A stretch of 64,000 nucleotides of DNA, from the NCBI GenBank assembly GCA_023334545.1, contig JAADVB010000040.1:36880-100879 (forward strand). The letters are read 5' to 3'. Under the pieces are notes generated by a model. It was not told where the DNA came from, searched no databases, and saw only the letters and a list, made by a program, of their open reading frames with translations. A program made the position numbers and the translations under genes. Below, in pieces: positions 10,235 through 19,403 of this stretch. The stretch comes from Salisapilia sapeloensis CBS 127946. Taxonomy: Eukaryota > Protista > Oomycota. How positions within the stretch are numbered: position 1 is the stretch's first letter; every line of letters starts with the position of its first letter.

Positions 10235-12982
10235 ATGGATGCCAATGCACTGGACGCTGCCTTGCGAGCTGCCAAGTCGAGGGGTAAGAAGCGAAAACTG
10301 GAACAGACTCAAAAGCCAAGTACAGAGTCACAAGATGTCAAAACATCGTTGACGAAGAAACAAAAGGCGAAAAAAGAGAAGGAAGAGTACGCTACCGTTA
10401 TATCGGGGTTAGGCAGCATTATTGATACGTGGGGCCAGTCCATCCAGCATGCTACTAGTCCAGCTAAGACTAAGAAGAAAAAGACAAAGAAGAAACCTGT
10501 AGTGGTGCAGCATGACGATGAAAGCCAAAATATACCTCGCATTCAGCTCAAGAAGAAGGCGAATAAAAGTAGCAAGAAACTGCAGGCTAAAAAAGCTTCA
10601 GAAGAGAAACAGAAGAAACAGGTTCAGTCGTCTACAGGTATCAAAGATAGGAGCCTCATTCCGACGATTAAGGCGTCTGGGAAGCCAGTGCCTAGTGATC
10701 ATGGTTCTAAAACCCAGAAGCCGAAGCGTCGGTCTAATGCTAAAAGCAAAACGTTTATCACCAACAAGTTACCGGAACCATCTTCCTCTTATGACACACC
10801 TGAGAATAGTCAGGTGAAGGAGCAAGCAAAGACAGAAGCAACTAAGAAGCCTTCAGATGATGCTTCTGTGTTGGAAAAACTGACAGAGTCCGCTCTATTC
10901 AACTATGGTTCGGACAATTCTAGTAGTGGCGAGTCTTCATCGTCAGAGAAGTTTATAAAAGGTGGGAAGCTAGCGTCACCAGTCGCCAAGGCAGCACCGA
11001 CCCAAAAAACAAATGTAGAAACCTCGAAGGAAAATAAAAAGTCGCCTGTCAAGTCTGCGAATGGTAGAACCGGGTGGAATGGAGGGATGAATATTAGTAG
11101 GAAGTATACACAAAGCAACACGCAAGACAGATCTGATAAAGATAACGTATCAGCAGATGCTCTAAAGCAAAAGGCAGCAGAGACAGAATCAAGTAACGAG
11201 TCTTCTGATGAGACTTCTGTACTCGAAACGCTTTCAAAGTCCTCTCGAAAGAATTACATTGCGGAAGAGTCTAGTAGTGACGAATCGACAGCAGATTCAG
11301 CCATTGTACAGAGTAAAACGCCGTCTGTAGCAACAGCCAAGTCCATACCAGAGCAAAAGACAGACGTAAGTACAATTGATAATAAGAAAGAGGCACCTAC
11401 CAAGTCTTCAGTTACTACACCAAAGACGAATGCAGGAAAGGGTGTCACTAAGACAGATAGTAAAAAGCAAAAGGTTGTAAATAAGTCTAATAAAGCAAAA
11501 GTGCCGTCGGTTGACCCTAAACAGAGGACTCCGGCGAAGGAAGGTACAGTTGTGGAATCTCCACCTGGAACTCCTTTGGTCAAATCAGCGAATAAGAAGA
11601 CCAACAAGGTAGACAAAACACCGACAGTATCGACGTCGACAAAGACACAGAACTCTTCCGACAAGCAAGTGGTGGACTCTTATACGAGCTCCGACTCGTT
11701 ATCTCAAGACACTAGTATCGCAGACGTACATGCTAAATATGCGCTCCTCAAACCCAATAAGCGCGCTGATGGCAAGTCTCTATCTGTCTCTGGCGTCGTC
11801 AGCGACATCAAATTCTTCAGTCTCAATCTGTTCCACCTGATTATCACATCGAACGACCAATCTCTGTCTCTAGTTTGCAGGCAGAAACAGTTTAAAGACT
11901 TGAATAACCACGCATTTATACGCTTTAGTGCATCTTTCGACGTAGGTGACAAGGTCGAAGCGTCAGGTGTGCCTGGTAAATCCAAGGACAACATCGTCCA
12001 GTTGCATACAACATCAATAGTAAAGATCGTCTCTCCTGTCGCCCCTTTGAAAGCGAATGCCGAGGCGGAGACGGTCGAAGAGAAGTCCGCGCCAGTGGAT
12101 CCAGACTCTTGGATGGAAGCTGCGAATGTCATTTCTCAGTATCAAAAGGAGTCTGACTCGGAATCCGAAGCAGGTGAGATGCCGCTTCCACCGCTCGAGC
12201 GAAATCATAGCGACGAAGAGCTCTTTTCGGCGCTCATTGATTCCGCTGCTAGAGAAAGTTGGGAGCTGATCGAAGTTGGACGACTCGTTCGATTGTTTGC
12301 AGCACAATGGCGGATGGATAAGTCGTTGACGACCGAGTTCCTAGTAGACTACTGTCCTGAATTGGTTTGTGTTGACTTTCTGGAAGGCTTGAGCATGCAT
12401 CTTTCTGCCAAGCAGCTTTTGTCGATCTTTGACAAGGGCTCTGGTGATATACATGTCGTCAAGACCAAGTTGAGTGATGCGTTAGAGAACCATCTCTTAT
12501 ATGTGAATGATGAAGAAGTGCTAGAGTACATTGCTACGAAAGTGCAGGACATGTGGTCCAAGGATGAAGTGTTGGACTTCATCCTACCACTTGTCGAAAG
12601 CTTAAATACGATCGAACAGGCCGGGACGTTGTTGAAACATATTACAGAGAGCTGGTATCCGCAAGAAACGGCAGCATTTGTCCAGAAGATTCTACTGTCG
12701 CCTGCATATGACGATCTGGAGGGAAAGCAGGAAGACCTGCTACTGAGTCTACCGACACTACGCGGTCGACTTGACTTTCCGAATCGCCAGTCAGCGGAAG
12801 ACGCGGATGAACGAGGGAATTTGATCGGATTCATCAGTGACGACGATGAAGTCGAGTACGGTCAGGAAGAGTCGGAAGAGGAAGAAAATCAATTCATTTT
12901 GAATGAAGCCGAGGAAGGAGACGAATCCGAGGAGAGTCAAGGAGAGGAATCAGACGATAGTGGAGAGGAATCAGAGGAATAG
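10235..12982 (+). CDS. Hypothetical 915-aa nuclear protein: Lys/Ser-rich disordered N-terminus, putative OB-fold (~11770-12030), helical domain, acidic tail
   Basis: Single long ATG-initiated ORF with NLS-like basic clusters (KSRGKKRK, KTKKKKTKKK). The segment SLSVSGVVSDIK..FDVGDKVEASGVPG..LHTTSIVKI has an OB-fold beta pattern. The C-terminus is GNLIGFISDDDEVE followed by poly-E/D/S. Confidence 0.8.
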   Translation: MDANALDAALRAAKSRGKKRKLEQTQKPSTESQDVKTSLTKKQKAKKEKEEYATVISGLGSIIDTWGQSIQHATSPAKTKKKKTKKKPVVVQHDDESQNIPRIQLKKKANKSSKKLQAKKASEEKQKKQVQSSTGIKDRSLIPTIKASGKPVPSDHGSKTQKPKRRSNAKSKTFITNKLPEPSSSYDTPENSQVKEQAKTEATKKPSDDASVLEKLTESALFNYGSDNSSSGESSSSEKFIKGGKLASPVAKAAPTQKTNVETSKENKKSPVKSANGRTGWNGGMNISRKYTQSNTQDRSDKDNVSADALKQKAAETESSNESSDETSVLETLSKSSRKNYIAEESSSDESTADSAIVQSKTPSVATAKSIPEQKTDVSTIDNKKEAPTKSSVTTPKTNAGKGVTKTDSKKQKVVNKSNKAKVPSVDPKQRTPAKEGTVVESPPGTPLVKSANKKTNKVDKTPTVSTSTKTQNSSDKQVVDSYTSSDSLSQDTSIADVHAKYALLKPNKRADGKSLSVSGVVSDIKFFSLNLFHLIITSNDQSLSLVCRQKQFKDLNNHAFIRFSASFDVGDKVEASGVPGKSKDNIVQLHTTSIVKIVSPVAPLKANAEAETVEEKSAPVDPDSWMEAANVISQYQKESDSESEAGEMPLPPLERNHSDEELFSALIDSAARESWELIEVGRLVRLFAAQWRMDKSLTTEFLVDYCPELVCVDFLEGLSMHLSAKQLLSIFDKGSGDIHVVKTKLSDALENHLLYVNDEEVLEYIATKVQDMWSKDEVLDFILPLVESLNTIEQAGTLLKHITESWYPQETAAFVQKILLSPAYDDLEGKQEDLLLSLPTLRGRLDFPNRQSAEDADERGNLIGFISDDDEVEYGQEESEEEENQFILNEAEEGDESEESQGEESDDSGEESEE

Positions 12983-13124
12983 AATCTAGCGATAACTTAG
13001 CGACAGGTTGATCTACCTACATGTCCATCGTTTTCTAGGCTCGTCACCTGTAGAGTACCGTAGATAGCGCTAGTGTCCATACCGCATCGGTTGAAGATCT
13101 ACCTTTCGTATCTTCAAGTGCTCA

Positions 13125-13143
13125 GCTCATTTATCATTTTTTC
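13125..13143 (+). promoter_or_regulatory. Oomycete INR+FPR core promoter of the isochorismatase-like gene
   Basis: GCTCATTTATCATTTTTTC closely matches GCTCATTYYNCAWTTTNCY and ends 11 nt before the ATG at 13155. Confidence 0.65.
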
Positions 13144-13154
13144 TACCACGAAGA

Positions 13155-13769
13155 ATGACTCCTGCACTGAATGTCGCTAAGCGTCTTGGACGCATGACCC
13201 CGGCCTCCACCGCCCTGTTTGTGTGTGACATCCAGGAACGATTCCGTGGTGCGATTCATGAAATGCCCACGACGATCCACGGGTCGAACACGATGGTGAG
13301 TCTCGCCAAGCTCATGAAGCTCCCTATCATCGTCACGACGCAGTACCAGGAAAAACTGGGCGATACCGTCTCGGAGATTACGAGCAACCTCGAAGGCGCT
13401 CCAAACGTCCAGATTGTCGACAAGACTCTGTTCTCCATGCTCACGGGGGACGTCACGCACCTTCTCGATCAGCTCAAACCCAAGTCGATTCTCTTGTGTG
13501 GCATCGAAAGCCATGTCTGTGTCTTGCAGACGTGCTTGGATCTGCTTGCGCAGGGATATGACGTCCACGTGATCTCGGATGCAGTGTCCAGCAGCAGCAA
13601 GTACAACCGAGAAATGGCACTCGAACGCATGCGTTCTGCCGGAGCGTACATTTCGACGGTCGAGATGGCGATTTTCCAACTCGCGCAAGATGCGAGTCAC
13701 CCCAAGTTCAAGACGGTGTCCAGCCTCATCAAGGAGTTCCAGAAGGAGAAGAACGGCTTTGACGTTTAA
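13155..13769 (+). CDS. Isochorismatase-domain protein (ISOC1/ISOC2/YcaC-like cysteine-hydrolase fold), 204 aa, intronless
   Basis: Motifs TALFVCDIQERF, IIVTTQYQEKLGDTV, DKTLFSM, LCGIESHVCVLQTCLDLL, VHVISDAVSS, STVEMAIFQL; strongly biased codon usage. Confidence 0.93.
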   Translation: MTPALNVAKRLGRMTPASTALFVCDIQERFRGAIHEMPTTIHGSNTMVSLAKLMKLPIIVTTQYQEKLGDTVSEITSNLEGAPNVQIVDKTLFSMLTGDVTHLLDQLKPKSILLCGIESHVCVLQTCLDLLAQGYDVHVISDAVSSSSKYNREMALERMRSAGAYISTVEMAIFQLAQDASHPKFKTVSSLIKEFQKEKNGFDV

Positions 13770-15142
13770 CTCTGGCAACACATCATCGAGTATTGGTTCT
13801 TTCGTTTTAGCATGAACACGTTAATGAAAAGTCTACCTGAGGCTGAAGTATTCCTTACCCTTGAGTTTATGTAAATGATGGATATTATTGGCTACTATTG
13901 CTAGGCTAGTATGCTGACTGTATGTGCTTTAAATCGATAGCTCTGATTGTGTGAATCTATCGGTTGTACGTCCTAAGGACTGACGAGGATATGTTGTCTC
14001 GATGGCATTTGGTTGAAGTACTTGCAAGATATTTGGTCAATTCCCTTCCGTCGGAGCAGTAGGAAATCGTCTGAGAGCGGACAATTAGACGAAATGATTG
14101 AACTAGCACGAACCGAAGTCCGTTGCGTGCACGACTGACACTATCTCAATATGTTTCTACCACTCCAACGGGATGAACAACGGGCAGCTACTGGATGCTG
14201 AGATCTCGACGGGGAAGGAGCTTGGAACAAGACTGCACGTGGCGCTATACTATCCCCACAGAGCACTCCAAGTGCGAACGCGCTACACGATTTGGCGGAA
14301 CATGCGTTGAAAATCCATCTTAGATAAAGAGCCAGAAGAGCATGCGTGCTATGGCACTGTGTTGGCGGATGCATGCTGCAAAGGGCGCACTGCATCAACA
14401 TCTTCGTCTGTCTACTGGCTAATGCACTTACCAATGCATATCCAGTAATGCTACATGCTCAAGTACTTTCCATTCCTTTCTTGTAGACGTCAAGATTACC
14501 GTTGAAAAAGATTCGTATGCTTTTTATAGCCGGAAGTAGCAAAGACCTGCACACGAGATGGAGGAAGGAAAGCCAAAGGATCTAGATTTCTACAAGACCT
14601 CTTTCACTCACTCTTGTAGCTGTCCTAGTAAGCGTCTCATCGACTACATATCCAGAAAATCTCTTTGAACCGTCGTCGAGTCTTTCTGCGAGTTGACGAG
14701 CATAAGTTGGTAGGCATAGCTCTTTGGGAATAAGTACATGTAATGCTCGTGAATCGACATGCAATGCACGCATACTTATTCCAGGAAACTTATGAACGCT
14801 TCGAGAGCGAGCTGCGAATGAAGCCAAGTGTAGACGTAGGAAGATGATGCGGTGGAAATTAAAAGCCTTGACATGTCCCTTAGATCTTGTGGTACTATCG
14901 AGACGCACAACGTTCGATATTGTCCCATATCTCTCTACTTGCTCCTCTCACACGAGTCTATCCCAATTCTTCCTCCCCATTGCCCATCATGAACCCATCC
15001 ATTGACAAGAGTAGTTTTGGAACACTAGGTCGGAAAGTCGAACATTTGTGTCGAAAATAGCACTCCTTTTTCCACATTCGCACGCTTGGTCTCGCAAGTT
15101 GGAAGCGATAACGACTCATTTTTCATCTCCCGCCTGATAGAA

Positions 15143-16009
15143 ATGATCGACCATGTCTTTGCTTTCCACGCCTACTCGGAAATCCAGATTGCTGCTATGG
15201 CGCTAGGTGGGATGATCGTCGGCGTCGCTCTACTCTCCTACTACGTCGTTGCGCCGGAATTCGAACGCCACTTGCACAAAGCGGACGGTCTGGAACCTCA
15301 AGGAAGGTACTCGAGTCCGCAGCCGTACTACTCGACCACTCCGACAGGCCACAAGCATCGGACGCTAATCAAAAAGCGCCATTCCATCTCCTCATCGCGT
15401 GTTAAGGATGACTTGGCCCTCACATCCCTTAGTGATGATGATAATGTCTGGGTCGACTCAGACGTGCTCCAGAGCTATGCGATGTTTCCACCAACGTCAG
15501 AGCCTTGCAGGAGAAAAGTGATGTACAAGCTTTCGAAACGTCGAAAGAGTGAGAGTGATGCGAATCGAGCTGAAAAACTACGAAAGCGAGTCATGTTGCG
15601 TACACTAGAGGAAGAGATTCAAGGTGCCATTAAAGAGAGCAATGCTGCGGAGAACCATGGCAAGAAGATGAGGAATGTGACCAAGTCGTCGATCGAGGAG
15701 AAACTGTCGGAAGCACGCGTCCAGGAAGTTCAGTCTCACCCGGTTCACTGCACGGATGAGTTCCGGGCACTTACGACGACAAGTCAGACGGAGAGCATTG
15801 TAGAGGCACTGGCGATGGTACACGATGTGATCAGTTGCTACTTGTCTGGTGAACATCGAGACTTGAACAAAGTTTCGGTTTTTTGCAACTCGTTGTTAGA
15901 GTACGACGGACTGAACTTGCTTCGGACTTTGGAGCAGTCAGAGGATACGAGGGTGCGTAAACTATCGACGGCAGTGATTGAGAAAGCAGTACCTTGTATT
16001 TGGCATTAA
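15143..16009 (+). CDS. Hypothetical 288-aa single-pass membrane protein with a C-terminal importin-alpha Arm_3-like repeat
   Basis: First in-frame ATG is at 15143 (the track start at 15086 is TTG). TM segment IAAMALGGMIVGVALLSYYVV. The C-terminus LLEYDGLNLLRTLEQSEDTRVRKLSTAVIEK resembles the atypical terminal ARM repeat pattern. Confidence 0.7.
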   Translation: MIDHVFAFHAYSEIQIAAMALGGMIVGVALLSYYVVAPEFERHLHKADGLEPQGRYSSPQPYYSTTPTGHKHRTLIKKRHSISSSRVKDDLALTSLSDDDNVWVDSDVLQSYAMFPPTSEPCRRKVMYKLSKRRKSESDANRAEKLRKRVMLRTLEEEIQGAIKESNAAENHGKKMRNVTKSSIEEKLSEARVQEVQSHPVHCTDEFRALTTTSQTESIVEALAMVHDVISCYLSGEHRDLNKVSVFCNSLLEYDGLNLLRTLEQSEDTRVRKLSTAVIEKAVPCIWH

Positions 16010-16830
16010 GTAGAACTCGTCTAGTAGGCTTCTACGTTCTACAGACATTTGTTTATCCGCGTAATAAATCATTGCATGATGCTTAAGATCAGAAAGAAGC
16101 TTTCTTGTGCACATATCCCATGCGCTCATCTCACGTTCGTACTTCGCCGAAACCGATGTACGGATCCCATCGGCGGTAGATGGGATCGTCCGGTATGTTT
16201 GCCGACAAGAACGTTACTGATTCCATCTATGCCGACATCCTGCGCATCGTCCACTGGATGGGACTTCGCGGCCGTCGCACTAAAAAGACGCCACAAGTGG
16301 TATTACTCTGACATGGAAGACGGTATCAAAGGTAGTCGATAAGATTGAACGAGAAGTTTCATCCTGGGAGACATGTAGAACAGCGAACAGAACTTACGTT
16401 TTTATGATTGAAATCAAAGTTTAGATAGCGACGATAGCTATTCGACGACCACTAGCAGCGATAGATCGAGGCTTCGTGTAATAACCGTGGCTCCTGATAC
16501 TTTAGTGCGGAACCCGTGGATATTTTGTATGATAGTACCAGTACCACCTACATGTTCTGTATATGCCTTTGAAATTAGTTTGCTCAGGGCTTACTCCTAT
16601 TTGGAGTAGAGCAACACGATTCCTCTCAAGCCTACTCTGGACTTGTACCTTATACGTTATACCTCTGTGAGCAGAAATACTGGAAACGAAACGATGTCGT
16701 CAAAGTATGCCTGAGTGGAGTTTTCAGTTTATTATAATTCATAGATCTTCCAGCTCTGTGCTAAATGTAAACTGATGTTATCGACTCCAAACTGCGTACT
16801 ATAGCAACTTCATCTCTATCGAGGCTTTGA

Positions 16831-16980
16831 GTACTCGAGCATGTGCTCCGTAAGGTGGTGACTACATAAGTGGAAGCGCTAAAAAGAATAAACTACGGCG
16901 AGCCACTGGTCTCCGTTGATGGCCACGATGGCTTCGATGGCGTCAGCCACTGCAAACGCCCATCAAGTCACCACTCTCAC
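16831..16980 (-). pseudogene. Decayed fragment of a papain-family (C1A) protease, paralogous to the gene at 22494-23987
   Basis: Minus strand reads (TGA)WAFAVADAIEAIVAINGDQWLAVVYSF(TAG)RFHLCSHHLTEHMLEY versus CWAFAAADAIEAAVAINEDQKHAVALSPQQFLSCSHRQTEQTFEY in the intact gene. Two in-frame stops plus a frameshift just upstream. Confidence 0.85.
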
Positions 16981-17711
16981 CAAGTTAACGGCATAGGATA
17001 CCCCACGCGATGACATGACGAGATGTGAATGCTCGAGCATATTGGAATCCGTGCTGTAGAATCCATGGTAATACTACGAGATAACTGCCAGTTGAGCGTC
17101 ATTGTTCAATGGCTTCCCACTTTGCTATTGTACAAGGATTACCAAACACAATGCGATGCTTGCGATCGCAAAAGCAACTACACCTTGCTTGGTAGATTAT
17201 CAGCTTTACTGCAACCTACGATATTGTTGCTCCTTCAAGTAGACACGCTGTCCATACCGGCTTTCGCTCGCTCGCATGGCATCGTGGCAACCTCGGGATA
17301 AGTTCAAGGATACCAGAGACAGTCGCACGACTCGAATTCAATGACGCAAGCACTGCAATGAACAAAGGCCGAACAGAAAGACAGTTTTCATATCTACGAT
17401 AAGCTCCAGAAAGCTCTAGCTGAAGTTGCACTTGCAGTAGACGAAGATTCGTCTAGAAACTGCAACCTAGGCATCCTTGGCGGCCCCGTTCCAACCATTC
17501 CTTGTTAAATTCAACTTCAATCGTGAGTGCCATCCATTAATTATGCTTGCTATCAGTCAGTGGGTTGACACGAGCCTCATCTGCAACGAGCTGGTTGCAG
17601 CTAGGCTCTGATCGTCAGCACTGGACGTGTTGAAATCTTGGATAGTCGCGATGACCTTGTCGCCACAATCTCTCTGTTTGGACGAATCGATCCATTCGCT
17701 TTGGGTTTTCT

Positions 17712-17727
17712 TCATTCTCACATTTCA
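17712..17727 (+). promoter_or_regulatory. INR+FPR core promoter of TAT paralogue 1
   Basis: TCATTCT (INR, YCAYTYY) followed at consensus spacing by CATTTCA (FPR MWTTTNC, one mismatch); the INR lies ~60 nt upstream of ATG 17773. Confidence 0.6.
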
Positions 17728-17772
17728 CATCAAGTACTCAAGCACCGCACCACCTTCTAATACCTACTAGCT

Positions 17773-19106
17773 ATGTGTCCTACCAACGGTACTGCCGACA
17801 ACAAGCTAGAAGCGCACAAAATGGCCATGTCCGAATTTGCGCAATCGATCTCGAATCCCATTCGCAATGTGGTGGAAGGCATCAAGATGCCGGAAACTTC
17901 AGAAAAGAAGCTCATCCTCCTTGCCTACGGTGACCCGACCTTGTTTGGCAACCTCCGATGCCCAGGCTTGATGAAGAAAGCTCTCATCCGATGCCTGGAT
18001 GATGACAAGAACGACGGATACTTCCACAGCACTGGCAGTCCTGCTGCTCGAACCGCAATTGCGCAGCATGCGAACTCGGAGCTTGGTCCTCTCACCAAGG
18101 ATGATGTTGTCATCACCTGCGGAGCTGCTGGAGCTCTTGACATGGTCATTCGAGGAATCGCCAACGAAGGTAGGATCTATCTCCATTGCTCTATGCAATT
18201 AGATGCTAATAATAGTGCTGTGCAGGTGACAACTTGCTGATCCCTCGACCAGGGTACCCTGCTTACGAGACGCACTGCAAGTCTGGTGGTATCGAGCCTC
18301 GCTTCTACCGACTTTTACCTGAAAAGCAATGGGAGTCCGACCTCGAAGAGATGCAGTCTCTCATTGACGACAGGACCAAAGCTATCATCATCACGAACCC
18401 ATCCAACCCGTGCGGTAGTGTCTACACCAAGGAGCACTTGCTCGAGATTCTCGAAGTGGCCGAGCGTAACAACTTGCCAATCATCACGGACGAGATCTAC
18501 GGTGACATGACGTTCGGAGACAACGTCTTCTACCCACTCGCGTCCCTTTCGAAGAACGTCCCGATCCTGACAGTCAGTGGCTTGGCCAAACACTTCCTCG
18601 TGCCTGGATGGCGTGTCGGCTGGTTGATCGTGAGCGACCGTAACGGTGTACTCAAGGACGTTCGACAAGGCTTTAACAACATCGCGATGCTCCTCTTGGG
18701 CACCAACTCCTTGGCACAGAGCGTCATCCCGGACGTCCTAACGCCCAAGCCTGGAAGCGCAGAAGAACAGGAGGTGAAAGACTTTAAGAGCCACTACTAT
18801 GGCGTTTTGGAAAAGAATGCCAAAGTCACGATGGATATTGTGAACGCGATTCCAGGTATGGACGTCGTGACGCCACAGGGATCGCTCTATGCGATGGTCA
18901 AGATGAACCCGAGCAAGTTCAAGGACATCGAGGACGACGTTGAGTTCACGCAAAAGTTTTTAGATGAGGAATCCGTCCTAGTCCTCCCAGGTCAGTGTTT
19001 TGGCATGCCAAACTACTTCCGAACACTGACTTGTCCGCCAAAGGACACGCTAGACGATGCTTTCAGTCGCATGGCTGCATTCTGCAAGCGCCATGCAAAG
19101 GAATAA
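17773..19106 (+). CDS. TAT: Tyrosine/nicotianamine aminotransferase-family PLP enzyme, paralogue 1 (425 aa; exons 17773-18169, 18226-19106)
   Basis: NPIR, GDP, ITNPSNPCG, ITDEIYGDM, SGLAKHFLVPGWRVGW (PLP lysine), VLPGQCF..FR. A 56-nt GT-AG intron (18170-18225) joins NEG|DNLLIP. Confidence 0.93.
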
Positions 19107-19403
19107 ATAAACTTGGAACTAGTTTGACATCGAAAGCTCGTTGCGAAGGTTATCTAGGTCTATCGTACTTGTACATCTACTCGTCATTCCAAAAGGCGTA
19201 TTATTAAGTTGGAAGTCAAGATGTACTACTTTCATAGCACGTCATGTTTATAGAGCTTACGAGGACAGGAATGACTCATCACATGCTCTACGCGCGTATC
19301 CTCGTAAAACGAATATGCTCCTGACTGTGCTGGAGGATTTTATACAAACTCCAAGTTTATATGATATGCGTTTTCGTCGCACAACACGTAGATTTGATGC
19401 AAG

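Noticed and set aside
14060-14140. CTGAGA..TGAACTAG resembling a TPP riboswitch
   Set aside because: It lacks the TAAT/GCG/AGGGA core and the P2/P4/P5 pairings, and no thiamine gene is adjacent.
16963-16965. TGA at the catalytic Cys of the papain fragment as a possible selenocysteine
   Set aside because: There is an upstream frameshift and a downstream in-frame TAG, no start or signal peptide, and no SECIS seen; it is a pseudogene.
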